DNA of 64,000 bases, taken from NCBI GenBank assembly GCA_964570175.1, contig CAZMXG010000007.1:2109-66108 (forward strand). The letters run 5' to 3'. The stretch is from an uncultured Heliomicrobium sp. (GTDB lineage: Bacteria; Acidobacteriota; Blastocatellia; RBC074). Under the pieces are notes generated by a model. That model did not search any database. It was not told the origin of the DNA and saw only the letters and a list, made by a program, of their open reading frames with translations. The translations under genes and the position numbers were made by a program. How positions within the stretch are numbered: the first letter of the stretch is position 1; each line of letters starts with the position of its first letter. Positions 1 to 10,291 of this stretch are shown here, one piece after another.

Positions 1-50
1 CGCTTTTACTTTCGACATCAACCCCTTCGCCTGGCGGCCCCGCAGCCGGA

Positions 51-1448
51 ATGCCGCCGCAGCCGGAGGAAGTCCCTGAATTTACCAAGACTAATTGCAA
101 ATCCTGTGGCGCAGAAGCCAAACCATATTCACGATTTTGCGAAGCTTGCGGCAGCAATCTTGTTGGCACCAAGTCAAACACAGTGGAAACCGTGGCTTCC
201 ACTGTGTCGCAGCCAAGTCAGGCAGAATCATTGCCCGTAAACCGCAAAAAACCTGAGCACACCTACCAGCCTTCCCCGACAATCTTTGAGCCTCGCTCGC
301 TTTCCGAATCTGATAAAAAGCCTGCTGCACATGAGCCTAAAATGTCTGACGCCTTGAATCATCGCACAGACAGTCTTTCCTCATCAGAATTGCCAGACTC
401 TGGAAATTTGGTTCTGGAATCTGGCACGCCTGCGGCAACAATATCTGACTCTTCTGGAAAACTTGGAACCGCCACTCACTTACCGACTGTATCGGAAGAG
501 AATGGCTCGCAGCCAAAAACTGTGGTTACGCCTTTGCCTCCATTTGGTGGTGAATTTCGCACCAAACAATCAGGCGTTCTCGCCGAATCCCAAACGCATG
601 GCAAACGCGCCCTGTTACAAACTTCTGTATTTTTTGTGCTGGCTTTATTGCTCATTTTGTTTGTGTATTGGTGGTTTAATCGAGATTTCAAAGTTGGAAT
701 TGATGGTAATTCCTCATCGCAACCTTCTACGGCGCAGCCCGGAGCGTCATCCACTTCGAACACGAACAAGCTCACGGTTGCTACAAGCAAAAATGGGCTG
801 GAAAACATGGCATTCATTCCTGGCGGCAAGCTGGATATGGGACGCAATAATGGTGATGAGTATGAGACTCCGGTTCACGCTGTAACAGTCAATCCCTTTT
901 ATATGGATCGCACGGAAGTGACGAATGAAGAGTATCAATTGTTTGTCACAGCAACCGGACATAGGCCGCCTCCTCATTGGCGAGGCGGCAAGTTCCCCTT
1001 GAATGAAGCGAAACTTCCTGTCGTGAATGTTTCCTGGGATGATGCCAATGCTTATGCTCAATGGATTGGGAAACGATTGCCAACAGAAGAGGAATGGGAA
1101 TTTGCCGCTCGTGGATCAGACGGCAGAATTTATCCTTGGGGAAATTCCTGGAACACAGCCAATGCAAATGCGGGCAAGGAACCGGGTGGGAGCATTAGTA
1201 AGGTTGGAAGTTTCCCCAATGGAGCCAGTCAATTTGGAATCATGGATTTGTGCGGCAACGTTTGGGAATGGACCTCAAGCAGCTTGGTCAATTACGCGGA
1301 CCAAAAAGAAATTGCTCCCGGAAAAGTTATTCGAGGCGGCGCTTACGATACTCCAAGCAAGCGGGCGACAGCTACTTACAGAGGTGTATTACCATCGGAT
1401 CGGTTACGCGATAAAACAGGATTTCGTCTGGTAAAGGACGCGAAATAA
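51..1448 (+). CDS. N-terminal zinc-ribbon / single TM / C-terminal FGE-sulfatase (SUMF1-like) domain protein
   Basis: N-terminus CKSCGAEAKPYSRFCEACGSNL (CxxC...CxxC zinc ribbon). Hydrophobic helix VFFVLALLLILFVYWWF. C-terminal 250 aa has FGE/SUMF1-type motifs (MAFIPGGKLDMG..., VNVSWDDANAYAQWIGKRLPTEEEWEFAARG, RGGAY). Confidence 0.6.
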   Translation: MPPQPEEVPEFTKTNCKSCGAEAKPYSRFCEACGSNLVGTKSNTVETVASTVSQPSQAESLPVNRKKPEHTYQPSPTIFEPRSLSESDKKPAAHEPKMSDALNHRTDSLSSSELPDSGNLVLESGTPAATISDSSGKLGTATHLPTVSEENGSQPKTVVTPLPPFGGEFRTKQSGVLAESQTHGKRALLQTSVFFVLALLLILFVYWWFNRDFKVGIDGNSSSQPSTAQPGASSTSNTNKLTVATSKNGLENMAFIPGGKLDMGRNNGDEYETPVHAVTVNPFYMDRTEVTNEEYQLFVTATGHRPPPHWRGGKFPLNEAKLPVVNVSWDDANAYAQWIGKRLPTEEEWEFAARGSDGRIYPWGNSWNTANANAGKEPGGSISKVGSFPNGASQFGIMDLCGNVWEWTSSSLVNYADQKEIAPGKVIRGGAYDTPSKRATATYRGVLPSDRLRDKTGFRLVKDAK

Positions 1449-1521
1449 AAGCGATTCAACTTTCAAAACCTCACTGATTTCCGATTGATGCCCTCAGTCG
1501 GACTTTTGAAAGCGAATTATC

Positions 1522-2868
1522 ATGAACGGAGTGGGAATCTTCTATCACAAGCATCTTTCTCATTTGCTGTGTAGCATTGGACTGTTGTTGATTGCTGCCC
1601 TGGCATTTTGGCAACCGCTTTCCGCTCAGGATTCGACTGGCCGCGAGCTTCCCAAACCTACGAAGAAATCTTCCACACCTACTCCTAAGCCAACCAAAAA
1701 AGGCAACAAGCCAGCCGAGTCTAAAGTCGCAATTACTAAACCGACACCGGTTCCTGTTAGACGTCTCACCATTCTTGCGCCTCCGGGAGCTTTGATTGAA
1801 ATTGATGGCTCAACAAAAGGGTTTGCCGGGATTGATGGCAATCTTGTCGTGTTAGGAGTTGCTACTGGAAATCACCAATTAAGCGCGAGACTTACCGGTT
1901 ACGAAGATTGGAATGGACCTCTTCCTGTCGGAGCTGCTGTCACCAAATTTGAAGTTCCCATGAAGAAAAAGCCTGATCCAGGCAAGATCGCGATCATAAT
2001 CAACGAATCCGATGCATTGGTAACAGTTGATGGACTTGAAAAACTGAATCCGAAGGTTGGCCAACAGAGCTTGCTATCCGGTTTATCAACAGGAACGCAC
2101 AAGATCGTCGCCAAGAAAAAGAACTTCTATGATTGGAACGGAGAGGTTGCGGTTGAACCTGGCAAGACCAACACGGTAAAAATCGTCCTGAAACCTTTGA
2201 TTGATCCAGACATGCTGGTTATCGGAGAAGGCGTTTTTGAAATGGGCAGCGACACAGGCGATGGTGATCATCGCCCCAAGCATCAGGTTTTCGTTTCAGC
2301 GTTTGAAATTTCCAGAACTGAAATAACCAATCGGTTATACAAAAAGTTTGTTGACGAAGCGGGCCATCAGCCTCCGCAAGGATTAGGCTATGGCTGGCGC
2401 GCTAATCAATACCCTCTTGGTCATGACGACTTTCCAGTTGTTTTTGTAAGTTGGAATGACGCCGCCGCGTTTTGCAAGTGGTTGTCACAAGAAAGCGGCA
2501 GCACATATCGGTTGCCAACAGAAGCGGAGTGGGAGAAGGCGGCAAAAATACGATCAACGCCTGAAACAGCAGATCAATCCAACGAAAAATTCTTGTCGGC
2601 AGGCAGAGTTTGGGAATGGTGCTCTGATTGGTATGATCCCGGATATTACAAGCTGCGTGATCGCATCAATCCACAAGGCCCCGTCGTAGGTAAAAAAATC
2701 AAGATGATGGGCTTCGAAGGACAAACAAAATCTTTGCGTGGAGGCGGCTTTGGGAAAGGGCAAGTTTTATTGCGGGCAGCCGAACGAAATCAGTATTTTC
2801 CGGACAAAAGCCGGTTTGATATAGGCTTCCGCGTCGTGCGCGAAATCAAACAAGGAGCAAGCAAGTGA
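1522..2868 (+). CDS. Secreted PEGA-repeat + FGE-sulfatase (SUMF1-like) domain protein
   Basis: Signal peptide and Pro/Lys/Thr-rich linker. Two PEGA-like beta repeats (PPGALIEIDG..., IAIIINESDALVTVDG...). C-terminal FGE domain (GEGVFEMGSD, VVFVSWNDAAAFCKWLSQESGSTYRLPTEAEWEKAA). Stop overlaps the next gene by 4 bp. Confidence 0.6.
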   Translation: MNGVGIFYHKHLSHLLCSIGLLLIAALAFWQPLSAQDSTGRELPKPTKKSSTPTPKPTKKGNKPAESKVAITKPTPVPVRRLTILAPPGALIEIDGSTKGFAGIDGNLVVLGVATGNHQLSARLTGYEDWNGPLPVGAAVTKFEVPMKKKPDPGKIAIIINESDALVTVDGLEKLNPKVGQQSLLSGLSTGTHKIVAKKKNFYDWNGEVAVEPGKTNTVKIVLKPLIDPDMLVIGEGVFEMGSDTGDGDHRPKHQVFVSAFEISRTEITNRLYKKFVDEAGHQPPQGLGYGWRANQYPLGHDDFPVVFVSWNDAAAFCKWLSQESGSTYRLPTEAEWEKAAKIRSTPETADQSNEKFLSAGRVWEWCSDWYDPGYYKLRDRINPQGPVVGKKIKMMGFEGQTKSLRGGGFGKGQVLLRAAERNQYFPDKSRFDIGFRVVREIKQGASK

Positions 2869-3743
2869 AGAGAAAATTTTCCAGACCAATTTCCAGTCAG
2901 CTTTTGCTTTTTGCGACATTGGCAATCCTGTTTATCTCTTCATCTGCCGTGGCCCAGCAACGGCCCTTAATCACCGAAGATGTTGAGATCGTAAAGCCTG
3001 GCTCGGTCCGGTTCGAGTTCGGCTTTGATTTTTCGCAGGATAAAAACTTTACCTTGTCCGGATTGAATGGCGATCTGACCCGCTTTGGGGTCGTTTCCGC
3101 CACGTTTGGACTTGCTCCCAACGTCGAGTTTGAAACCGGCGGTGTGATCCAGAACTTTCTCAGCATTAACCGCCCGTACCGCCCGTCTGCCGTGCCATTG
3201 CAATTGAGCCAGGCGACAAATTCAACGCATGACTCTGGCGATTTTTACCTGGCCACAAAAATTAAGCTGCGACCTGAAACCAAACGACTGCCCGGTGTTG
3301 GTTTTCGCTTTGGTGCTGAGTTGCCAAACTCGAATCAATCGCGCGGAATTGGGGTGAATCAAATCAATTTTTTTGCGACAACACTGGTTGGCAAAAATTT
3401 TGGCAAACGAGTTCGCGTTGTTGGCAATCTGGGCTTGGGAATTTTGACCGCGCCGATTGATCGGTTTACGCAAAACGACGTCTTACTTTACGGCTTGGGA
3501 ATGAGTTATCTGTACAACGATCGGGTCACTTTGGTCGGGGAAGTCAACGGACGCTACAATACTCGTGGCCAAGCCCCGCTCGGCACTGAATCTGAAGGAT
3601 CTGCCAGATTGGGCGCTCGAATTCGCGCTGCCGGGTTGATCTGGGACATCGCCGGAATCAAAGGCATTCACAATAACAGTGCCCAAAGCGGAATCAGTTT
3701 TGGTGTCAGTTACGAAGCCAGTTTGTTTCAACCCGTAAAGTAG
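2865..3743 (+). CDS. Putative outer-membrane beta-barrel protein (signal peptide, alternating amphipathic strands, C-terminal aromatic)
   Basis: Signal peptide ...SSSAVAQQ. Gly/aromatic-rich alternating pattern. Ends ...GVSYEASLFQPVK. Translationally coupled to the upstream FGE protein. Confidence 0.4.
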   Translation: MKRKFSRPISSQLLLFATLAILFISSSAVAQQRPLITEDVEIVKPGSVRFEFGFDFSQDKNFTLSGLNGDLTRFGVVSATFGLAPNVEFETGGVIQNFLSINRPYRPSAVPLQLSQATNSTHDSGDFYLATKIKLRPETKRLPGVGFRFGAELPNSNQSRGIGVNQINFFATTLVGKNFGKRVRVVGNLGLGILTAPIDRFTQNDVLLYGLGMSYLYNDRVTLVGEVNGRYNTRGQAPLGTESEGSARLGARIRAAGLIWDIAGIKGIHNNSAQSGISFGVSYEASLFQPVK

Positions 3744-3952
3744 ACTGTACAGCATACGAACTTACGGCTATTATCCTTGTGCCTCGAAAGCGGCTGATTT
3801 TGTTTACCCCGTCAATCACTGAGCCGCCCTCACTACAGCCCCTAAAAAAGCACTCCCCGAAAGCCCCACGCCCCAAAAATCACTCAAGTTGGTGCCTACA
3901 GTTTCTGACTCCCGTCGTTTCGGCAAACACGCTTTAATTCCATCTGTCGTGT

Positions 3953-5212
3953 TTGGGAGCAAAGGCCATGACGCCTCTTCAACTTCTCACACGTTTTCTT
4001 GCGCCATTTTTTTCTTTGATCGCTTTGTGCGGCTTTCTGAGCTTTGGCTCAATTCAGGTTTCGGCTCAAACGACACGCATGCTAAGAGTCCAACAGTCCA
4101 TTGCTGCGCGCGGACAAAATCAGAGCGTTGTTGTCGAAATGGAAGCCGTCGGAAATGAAAATGCAGTGGGCTTCAGTTTGAATTTCGATGCCAGTCAGTT
4201 GCGGTATGTTTCGGCTTCGACTTTTGGCGGTTCGACCGGAGCGGCGATAAATATCAACACTTCAATGGTTGGTGTTGGCAAAGTGGGAATTGCGTTGGCA
4301 TTACCGGGTGGCCAGAAACTCGTCCTGGGCAAACAAGCCATCGCCATCATCACCTTTACCGTGTTGGCAACTGAAAATGTCTCAAACACATTTTTGAGTT
4401 TCGGGGATCAGCCGATTGCGCGCGAAGTCGTCGACACTTCCGCAAATGCAGTGGCAGCCAACTTTTCCGGAGCCACACTGACTTTCGCGCAACCAATGGC
4501 CGCCGTTTCAGCCGCCAGCTTCAGCAATGCCAAATTGTCCGGCGATTCGATTGCCACGGCTTTTGGCAATCGCTTGGCGACAAAAACGCAAGCCGCGACT
4601 TCTTTGCCGTTGCCGACTTCACTGGCTGGCTCCAGTTTGATCGTCAAAGACAGCCTGGGCACCGAACGCAATGCCCCACTCTTTTTCGTTTCTCCTACGC
4701 AAGTTAACTTTCTGATTCCAGTAGGCACAGCGACTGGCCCGGCAGCAATCATTGCCACAAATGGCGATGGCATTCTTTCAGTCACCAACACGGAAATCAC
4801 AACTGTCGCGCCATCGCTTTTTTCCGCCAGCGCCACTGGCCAAGGACTTGCCGTCGCCGTTGTGCAGCGAAGAAAGGCGAACGGCGCAATCAGTTACGAA
4901 GCAACTTCCCGTTTTGACTCAACCTTGGGCAAGCTGGTCGCAGTTCCAATTGATCTAAGCCAGCCGACAGATCAGGTCTTTTTGCTGCTTTATGGCACGG
5001 GAATCAAAAACCGCAGCAGTCTATCCAACGTGCTGGTCAAACTGGGCGGCACGAATGCGGAAGTACTTTTTGCCGGTGCCACAACAGAGTTTGCAGGTTT
5101 GGACCAGGTCAACATCCGCCTGCCGCAGACCTTAGCCGGTCGCGGCATGGTCAACATTGTGTTAACCGTTGACGGCCAATCGGCGAACTCGGTGGAGATC
5201 AGCATCAAGTAA
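3953..5212 (+). CDS. Secreted cohesin-like domain protein with Acidobacteria-type C-terminal domain (resembles TIGR03437 Soli_cterm)
   Basis: Signal peptide. N-terminal beta domain (VVVEMEAVGNENAVGFSLNFDASQLRYVSAS) is cohesin-like. C-terminal 220 aa (ATAFGNRLATKTQAATSLPLPTSLAGSSLIVKD...PLFFVSPTQVNFLIP...) is paralogous to the C-terminus of the 29465..30706 protein. Confidence 0.45.
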   Translation: MGAKAMTPLQLLTRFLAPFFSLIALCGFLSFGSIQVSAQTTRMLRVQQSIAARGQNQSVVVEMEAVGNENAVGFSLNFDASQLRYVSASTFGGSTGAAININTSMVGVGKVGIALALPGGQKLVLGKQAIAIITFTVLATENVSNTFLSFGDQPIAREVVDTSANAVAANFSGATLTFAQPMAAVSAASFSNAKLSGDSIATAFGNRLATKTQAATSLPLPTSLAGSSLIVKDSLGTERNAPLFFVSPTQVNFLIPVGTATGPAAIIATNGDGILSVTNTEITTVAPSLFSASATGQGLAVAVVQRRKANGAISYEATSRFDSTLGKLVAVPIDLSQPTDQVFLLLYGTGIKNRSSLSNVLVKLGGTNAEVLFAGATTEFAGLDQVNIRLPQTLAGRGMVNIVLTVDGQSANSVEISIK

Positions 5213-5392
5213 TTGATTATACGGTAGCGGAGCGTCACGTCACTCCGCAGATTAACTTGCCATCCCTGCACCTCGATAGTAGCATCGCGCCGCATCACGA
5301 ACCGGTGACGCCAAAGAAACTGATTTCAGGCTATCGAATCGTCACCAATCACTCATCGCTTTCACTCAACACAACCAAGGAGATCAAACCAG

Positions 5393-6775
5393 ATGGCGGT
5401 TAGCGTAGCTGACTCTTCCCTGCCTATTGCCGAACGCGCGCGGCGACGCATCACTTGGCGACTGATGCCTTTTTTGTTGCTGTTGTATTTTCTGGCTTAC
5501 ATTGACCGCACCAATGTCAGCATTACGGCGCTGAACATGAAAAAGTCTTTGGACGCGGGCGGACTCGGGTTCAACGACAACATCATTGGCTCAGGCGCGG
5601 GCATTTTCTTTATCGGTTACTTTTTGCTGGAAATTCCCGGCACGCTGATCGTTGAAAAGTGGAGCGCGCGAAAGTGGATCGCTCGCATCATGATTTCGTG
5701 GGGAATCATCGCCACCTGCATGGGCTTCATCGGCACCAAGTGGATGAATTTCAGCGACAATGTCACACAGTTTTATGTGCTGCGATTCATTCTGGGTATG
5801 GCTGAAGCCGGTTTCTTTCCTGGCATCGTGGTTTTTCTGACTCACTGGTTTCGCCCCGAAGACCGCGCAAAAGCCAAAGCCAATTTTATGATTGGGATTC
5901 CGATTGCCACCATGATTGGCTTCCCGTTGTCGCGATTGATTATGGATCACGTTCATTGGGCTGGGTATGAGGGTTGGCGCTGGGTTTTTATCCTGGAAGG
6001 GATTCCATCGGTCATTTTTGGAATCGTCACGATTTTCTATTTGACTGACTGGCCGCACGAAGCCAAGTGGTTGCCAGAAGACGAAAAGCAATGGATCACA
6101 AATGAATTGGAGCGCGAGCGAAAGGAAAAATCGGTTTCCGGCGAAGACAACATTTGGCAGGGGTTGAAATCCGGTCTGACGAATCCAAAAACTCTGCTGC
6201 TGGCAGTAATTTATATTTGTATTGTGACAGGGTTTTACGGCCTGACTTTTTTCCTGCCTTCGATTGCCAGAGAGTTGGTTCCCGGCACATCAAAGACAGA
6301 TCAGTTATTGAAGGATTATCTGATTCCCGCTGTCCCTTATTTGTTCGGGTTGGTGGGAATGCTGTTGAACAGCGCGCATTCTGACAAAACCGGCGAACGC
6401 CGTTGGCACACAGCCTGGCCGATTTTGTTTGGCGGGGTCGCGCTCGCTCTGAGCATTCTTTCCGGCAGCAATGTGATTTTTGCGTTCACGTTTTTATGCA
6501 TGGTCGGCGTAGGAGTTCACGCCTATCTGCCGGTTTTCTGGACTTGGCCGTCGCGATTTTTAGCGGCTTCGGCGGCGGCAGCAGCAGTTGGATTGATCAA
6601 TTCTTTCGGCAATCTTGGCGGATATTTCGGCCCGAAGGTTGTCGGCTGGCTGAGCGTTAAGACCGGCAACTATGCTTCTGGCCAATGGTTTTTGGTTGTC
6701 TGTATTTTGGTCGCCGGAGTGTTGGCGACGTTCTTGAAATTGCCGAAAAAACCTGGCGCTCAATCAGCTTCGTAA
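5393..6775 (+). CDS. MFS transporter (anion:cation symporter / hexuronate-type family)
   Basis: About 12 predicted TM helices. MFS motifs (LRFILGMAEAGFFPG; loop GERRWHTAWP). 460 aa. Confidence 0.75.
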   Translation: MAVSVADSSLPIAERARRRITWRLMPFLLLLYFLAYIDRTNVSITALNMKKSLDAGGLGFNDNIIGSGAGIFFIGYFLLEIPGTLIVEKWSARKWIARIMISWGIIATCMGFIGTKWMNFSDNVTQFYVLRFILGMAEAGFFPGIVVFLTHWFRPEDRAKAKANFMIGIPIATMIGFPLSRLIMDHVHWAGYEGWRWVFILEGIPSVIFGIVTIFYLTDWPHEAKWLPEDEKQWITNELERERKEKSVSGEDNIWQGLKSGLTNPKTLLLAVIYICIVTGFYGLTFFLPSIARELVPGTSKTDQLLKDYLIPAVPYLFGLVGMLLNSAHSDKTGERRWHTAWPILFGGVALALSILSGSNVIFAFTFLCMVGVGVHAYLPVFWTWPSRFLAASAAAAAVGLINSFGNLGGYFGPKVVGWLSVKTGNYASGQWFLVVCILVAGVLATFLKLPKKPGAQSAS

Positions 6776-7492
6776 ATCCGACTTTCGCCAGTCAGGGTGC
6801 AAGCGCAATGTCGGCTCGTCCGATTTTTCGACGACAACTTCAGGATAATCGCGGCGAATGAATGGCGATGACAACATCGTTTTTCGTTCGCCGTTTTTTC
6901 CATATAACACAGCTTGCGTTCCCAGGCTGTCACACTGCAAGGCTGATTCCCTGAATTCTTCTGGAGGACTGAGCAAGGAAACAAATTCGCCCGCCTCCAG
7001 GTGCAAAAATGTGTGCATCGCAAACATGGATTGCCGCAGCATTTCATCAACATTTCCCTGCTGGGCGGTTTCCAGTATGGACAGGTTCTGAACCTGTGCC
7101 GAAATTTTGAACAACTTCTCAGCAAGTTTTGATGCCAAAACTTCAATTTTTGCGACGATTTTCCGATCGAGAAACAACACGAACTCCAATCGTCTGGCCT
7201 TGATCGTCAATGGGCCCAAAACCAATTGCGGCACATTCATACGCTGCTCAATGCCATCGTCCGCCCTCAAACAGAAGAAACGAAACCGCACATCAAGCAC
7301 GGTTTGCTCGGTCCCTATCACCAGACATTCCGTTCGCATCTGCCAGTTTTCTGCCGCTCCGTAAGACTGTGGCGTCAGCATTCCAGAGTGCTGCCACTGA
7401 ACATCACCCGGCAAACGCCGCCCATGTTCGTATAGCAAATACCCTTCGTATAGCACCGCTTTGGAAATCTGGTCAAAAACCTGATCTAACAT
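6764..7492 (-). CDS. Hypothetical protein, divergent from the sigma-54 regulator
   Basis: 242-aa ORF with no motif I recognise. Shares a 100-bp divergent promoter region with the NtrC-like gene. Its start overlaps the MFS stop. Confidence 0.3.
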   Translation of the reverse strand: MLDQVFDQISKAVLYEGYLLYEHGRRLPGDVQWQHSGMLTPQSYGAAENWQMRTECLVIGTEQTVLDVRFRFFCLRADDGIEQRMNVPQLVLGPLTIKARRLEFVLFLDRKIVAKIEVLASKLAEKLFKISAQVQNLSILETAQQGNVDEMLRQSMFAMHTFLHLEAGEFVSLLSPPEEFRESALQCDSLGTQAVLYGKNGERKTMLSSPFIRRDYPEVVVEKSDEPTLRLHPDWRKSDLRS

Positions 7493-7596
7493 TTTACTTG
7501 TAGCCCTCGCGACAAACCCATAAAGAATTGATGATAATTGCCGATGAAAGCTATGATGGCAATGCTTTCCAATTTACCCGCTGGTTTGGAGAACTT

Positions 7597-9033
7597 ATGG
7601 TTAAAGAAAAAATTCTGATTGTTGATGACGACGTAAATATTCGATTCACCCTGCTTGAAGCGTTGCGCGGTTGGGGTTACGAAGCAATTGAAGCGGGCAC
7701 AATTGCTGCCGGGCGTGAGCTGTTTGACGCAGAATCGCCGCAAGTCGTTCTACAGGACGTCAATCTTCCCGACGGTTCGGGCATTGACGCATTGCAGGAA
7801 TATAAAAATCGCCAGCCCCAAGCCGTGGTGATTATGATCACCGGCAACGTTCAGCTTGAAGACACCATCGCGGCATTGCGCGGCGGCGCTTACGATTTCA
7901 TCAGCAAACCCGTCCGATTGAATGAACTGCAAGTCACAATTCGCAACGGCATAGAGGCCGGAAAATTGCGCAAGGAAGTCGTCAGCTTGCGGCGCGAACG
8001 CGCTCAACAATTCAGCTTTGACCAGATCATCGGACAATCGCCGGCAATGATGGAAACGATTCGGCTGGCGCGCAAAGTCGCCACCAGCGAAGCTTCGTCC
8101 GTTCTGTTGCAAGGCGCAAGTGGAACCGGCAAAGACATCATTGCCAAAGCCATACATTTTGGTTCATCCCGGGCAGATCAACCGTTTATTGCAATCAACT
8201 GCGCGGCAATTCCAGGCACCTTGCTGGAAAGCGAACTATTCGGCCACGAAAAAGGCGCATTCACGGACGCCAAGGTTCGCAAGGAAGGTTTGTTTGAGCA
8301 AGCGCAAGGCGGCACGTTGTTTCTGGATGAAATCGGAGAGCTTGAACTGGGGTTACAGGCAAAATTTTTACGGGTGCTGGAAGAAGGAAGGTTTCGCCGC
8401 GTTGGCGGATTGAAGGATTTGCCCCTGAACGTGCGTGTAATTGCAGCGTCGAATCGCGATTTGAAAACTGAAGGCGAAGCGGGCCACTTCAGAATAGATC
8501 TTTTCTACAGGCTTTCTGTCATTCAAATTGACCTGCCGCCGCTCAGCGAACGAGGCGACGATGTTTTACTGCTGGCCAATTACTACATCGCTCATTTCAA
8601 TGGACGTTTTCGGAAACAGGTGCGGGGATTGTCGCCGGAAGTGGAAGACATCTTTCGCCGATACGCCTGGCCTGGAAATGTTCGTGAACTACGCAACGTC
8701 ATTGAACGCGTGATGATTCTGGAAGATTCAGACAAGGTAACCACTGCCTGGCTTCCCCGCGATCTGATGAAAGGCAACGTTGAGAGAGCAAAAAATGAGG
8801 CCATTTCTTCTGCTGCCTTTGCGGCTCCCGTTCAGCCCGAAACGCCAAACCTCCCACACTTTATCCTTCCCGAAAAAGGAATTGAGCTGGAACAGGTAGA
8901 GCTGTCTTTTGTCAGACAGGCAATGGAACGCAGCGGCAGCAATCAAACTCGCGCGGCTGAGTTATTGGGAATCTCGCGGGATCAGCTTCGCTACCGATTG
9001 AAGAAAATCGAAGAATTCAGTTCGGCGGACTGA
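7597..9033 (+). CDS. Sigma-54-dependent response regulator (NtrC family: REC + AAA+ sigma54 activator + Fis-type HTH)
   Basis: REC domain (ILIVDDD...[12 protein letters not shown]). Walker [15 protein letters not shown] motif, [14 protein letters not shown]-terminal HTH ([21 protein letters not shown]). ATG at 7597 chosen over the upstream ORF start. Confidence 0.85.
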   Translation: MVKEKILIVDDDVNIRFTLLEALRGWGYEAIEAGTIAAGRELFDAESPQVVLQDVNLPDGSGIDALQEYKNRQPQAVVIMITGNVQLEDTIAALRGGAYDFISKPVRLNELQVTIRNGIEAGKLRKEVVSLRRERAQQFSFDQIIGQSPAMMETIRLARKVATSEASSVLLQGASGTGKDIIAKAIHFGSSRADQPFIAINCAAIPGTLLESELFGHEKGAFTDAKVRKEGLFEQAQGGTLFLDEIGELELGLQAKFLRVLEEGRFRRVGGLKDLPLNVRVIAASNRDLKTEGEAGHFRIDLFYRLSVIQIDLPPLSERGDDVLLLANYYIAHFNGRFRKQVRGLSPEVEDIFRRYAWPGNVRELRNVIERVMILEDSDKVTTAWLPRDLMKGNVERAKNEAISSAAFAAPVQPETPNLPHFILPEKGIELEQVELSFVRQAMERSGSNQTRAAELLGISRDQLRYRLKKIEEFSSAD

Positions 9034-9034
9034 T

Positions 9035-9715
9035 TCAATTCTTGCCACTCGTTCCAAGCACAGAAAGAAAAGTCTTTACTCTGCCTGTTACATCAGGTTT
9101 GGTGAAAAAGTCGCTGATGTTGCCAAACGGATAAAGCGCCGAAATGACCGCGACACTGTCCGCTCCGGCGGCAATTACTTCAGCGGCACGTTCGACCGTG
9201 ATTCCTCCAATCGCCACCAGTGGACGATCCGTCAATGCTTTTGCCTGACGAACCAATTCCAGCCCAACAACCGGATCGGCGTTTTCCTTTGTTATGGTCT
9301 GAAAAACCGGGCCAACAGCAATGTAGTTTGCCGAAGTTTCCAGCGCCGCGTTGAACTGCTCCAACGAATGGGTAGAAACGCCGATGATTTTGTCTTCGCC
9401 CAAAATCTCACGGGCTTCTTCGACAGACAAATCTTCCTGCCCTAAATGAACGCCATCAGCTCCGGAAGTCAGCGCCACATCCACGCGGTCATTGATGATC
9501 AACCTGGCCCCAGCGGCTTGTGTTACGGCCCGACAGGTTCGTGCCGCGTCCAGCAATTCCTTGGCGCTGGCATCTTTGTCGCGCAACTGGATCAGCTCCG
9601 CTCCACCTGCCAACATCATTTGAACGATTTCTTCGTGCGTGCAATTGGATAACTGGCAATCCGTGATTGGATACAGTTTTGGGATTTGGAACATAAAAGG
9701 ATTATGTCCGATCAA
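9035..9715 (-). CDS. thiE: Thiamine-phosphate synthase
   Basis: LYPITD start, IQLRDKD, HLGQEDL, IIGVSTHS, IAVGPVFQT and IGGIT are characteristic ThiE/TMP-TENI motifs. 226 aa. Confidence 0.8.
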   Translation of the reverse strand: MIGHNPFMFQIPKLYPITDCQLSNCTHEEIVQMMLAGGAELIQLRDKDASAKELLDAARTCRAVTQAAGARLIINDRVDVALTSGADGVHLGQEDLSVEEAREILGEDKIIGVSTHSLEQFNAALETSANYIAVGPVFQTITKENADPVVGLELVRQAKALTDRPLVAIGGITVERAAEVIAAGADSVAVISALYPFGNISDFFTKPDVTGRVKTFLSVLGTSGKN

Positions 9716-9927
9716 TTCTTCTCTTCAAAGTCGGAAAGCGGCACAAATTTGCCGTTCGCCAATCGAAATGCAACGTGTATAATTTGCGCCGTTCTATGAC
9801 AGGATGCCGATGCGAGACGGAAGGTGTACTTGCTTCCGAGGCAACCCGACCTGAAACCAGCACTCCCCTTTGTTACAAACTGCAACTCACAATTGAAACC
9901 ACCTGAAACAGGTGAGGAGGAGGAATT

Positions 9928-10269
9928 ATGAAATCTCGTATTTTTGCTTCATCAGTATTATTTGCTGTGGCGCTTTTTTTGATGGCCTGCCCCAGTCAAA
10001 CCACAATCAATAAGCTAAATGGCGACCCGGAGCGGTATCGCGGCAAGGAAGTGATGATCGTTGGTACGGTCACGAACAGTTACGGTGCCGCAGGGTTCGG
10101 AGCTTACGAGCTAAGCGACGAAACTGGAAAGATATGGGTACTGACCAAACGCGGCACACCTAGTAAAGGCGCCAGAGTTGGCGCCGTTGGAAAATACATG
10201 CAGGGGGTAAACTGGGGCGGGCGTAATTTCGGCAGCTCCATTGAAGAGACTGACCGGAAAGTTCGATAA
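9928..10269 (+). CDS. Small lipoprotein (signal peptide with lipobox LMAC)
   Basis: MKSRIFASSVLFAVALFLMAC. Strong RBS GAGGAGG 6 bp upstream. 113 aa, Gly-rich beta protein. Confidence 0.4.
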   Translation: MKSRIFASSVLFAVALFLMACPSQTTINKLNGDPERYRGKEVMIVGTVTNSYGAAGFGAYELSDETGKIWVLTKRGTPSKGARVGAVGKYMQGVNWGGRNFGSSIEETDRKVR

Positions 10270-10291
10270 GCGGAAACAGTTTGAACAAAGT

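Noticed and set aside
9716-9927. Possible TPP riboswitch in the 212-bp leader of thiE (minus strand)
   Set aside because: The reverse complement has a GGGGAGUGC stretch, and the plus strand has ACCCGACCUGAAACCAG. Neither strand contains the conserved CUGAGA element or the full THI-box consensus, so I cannot support a riboswitch call.
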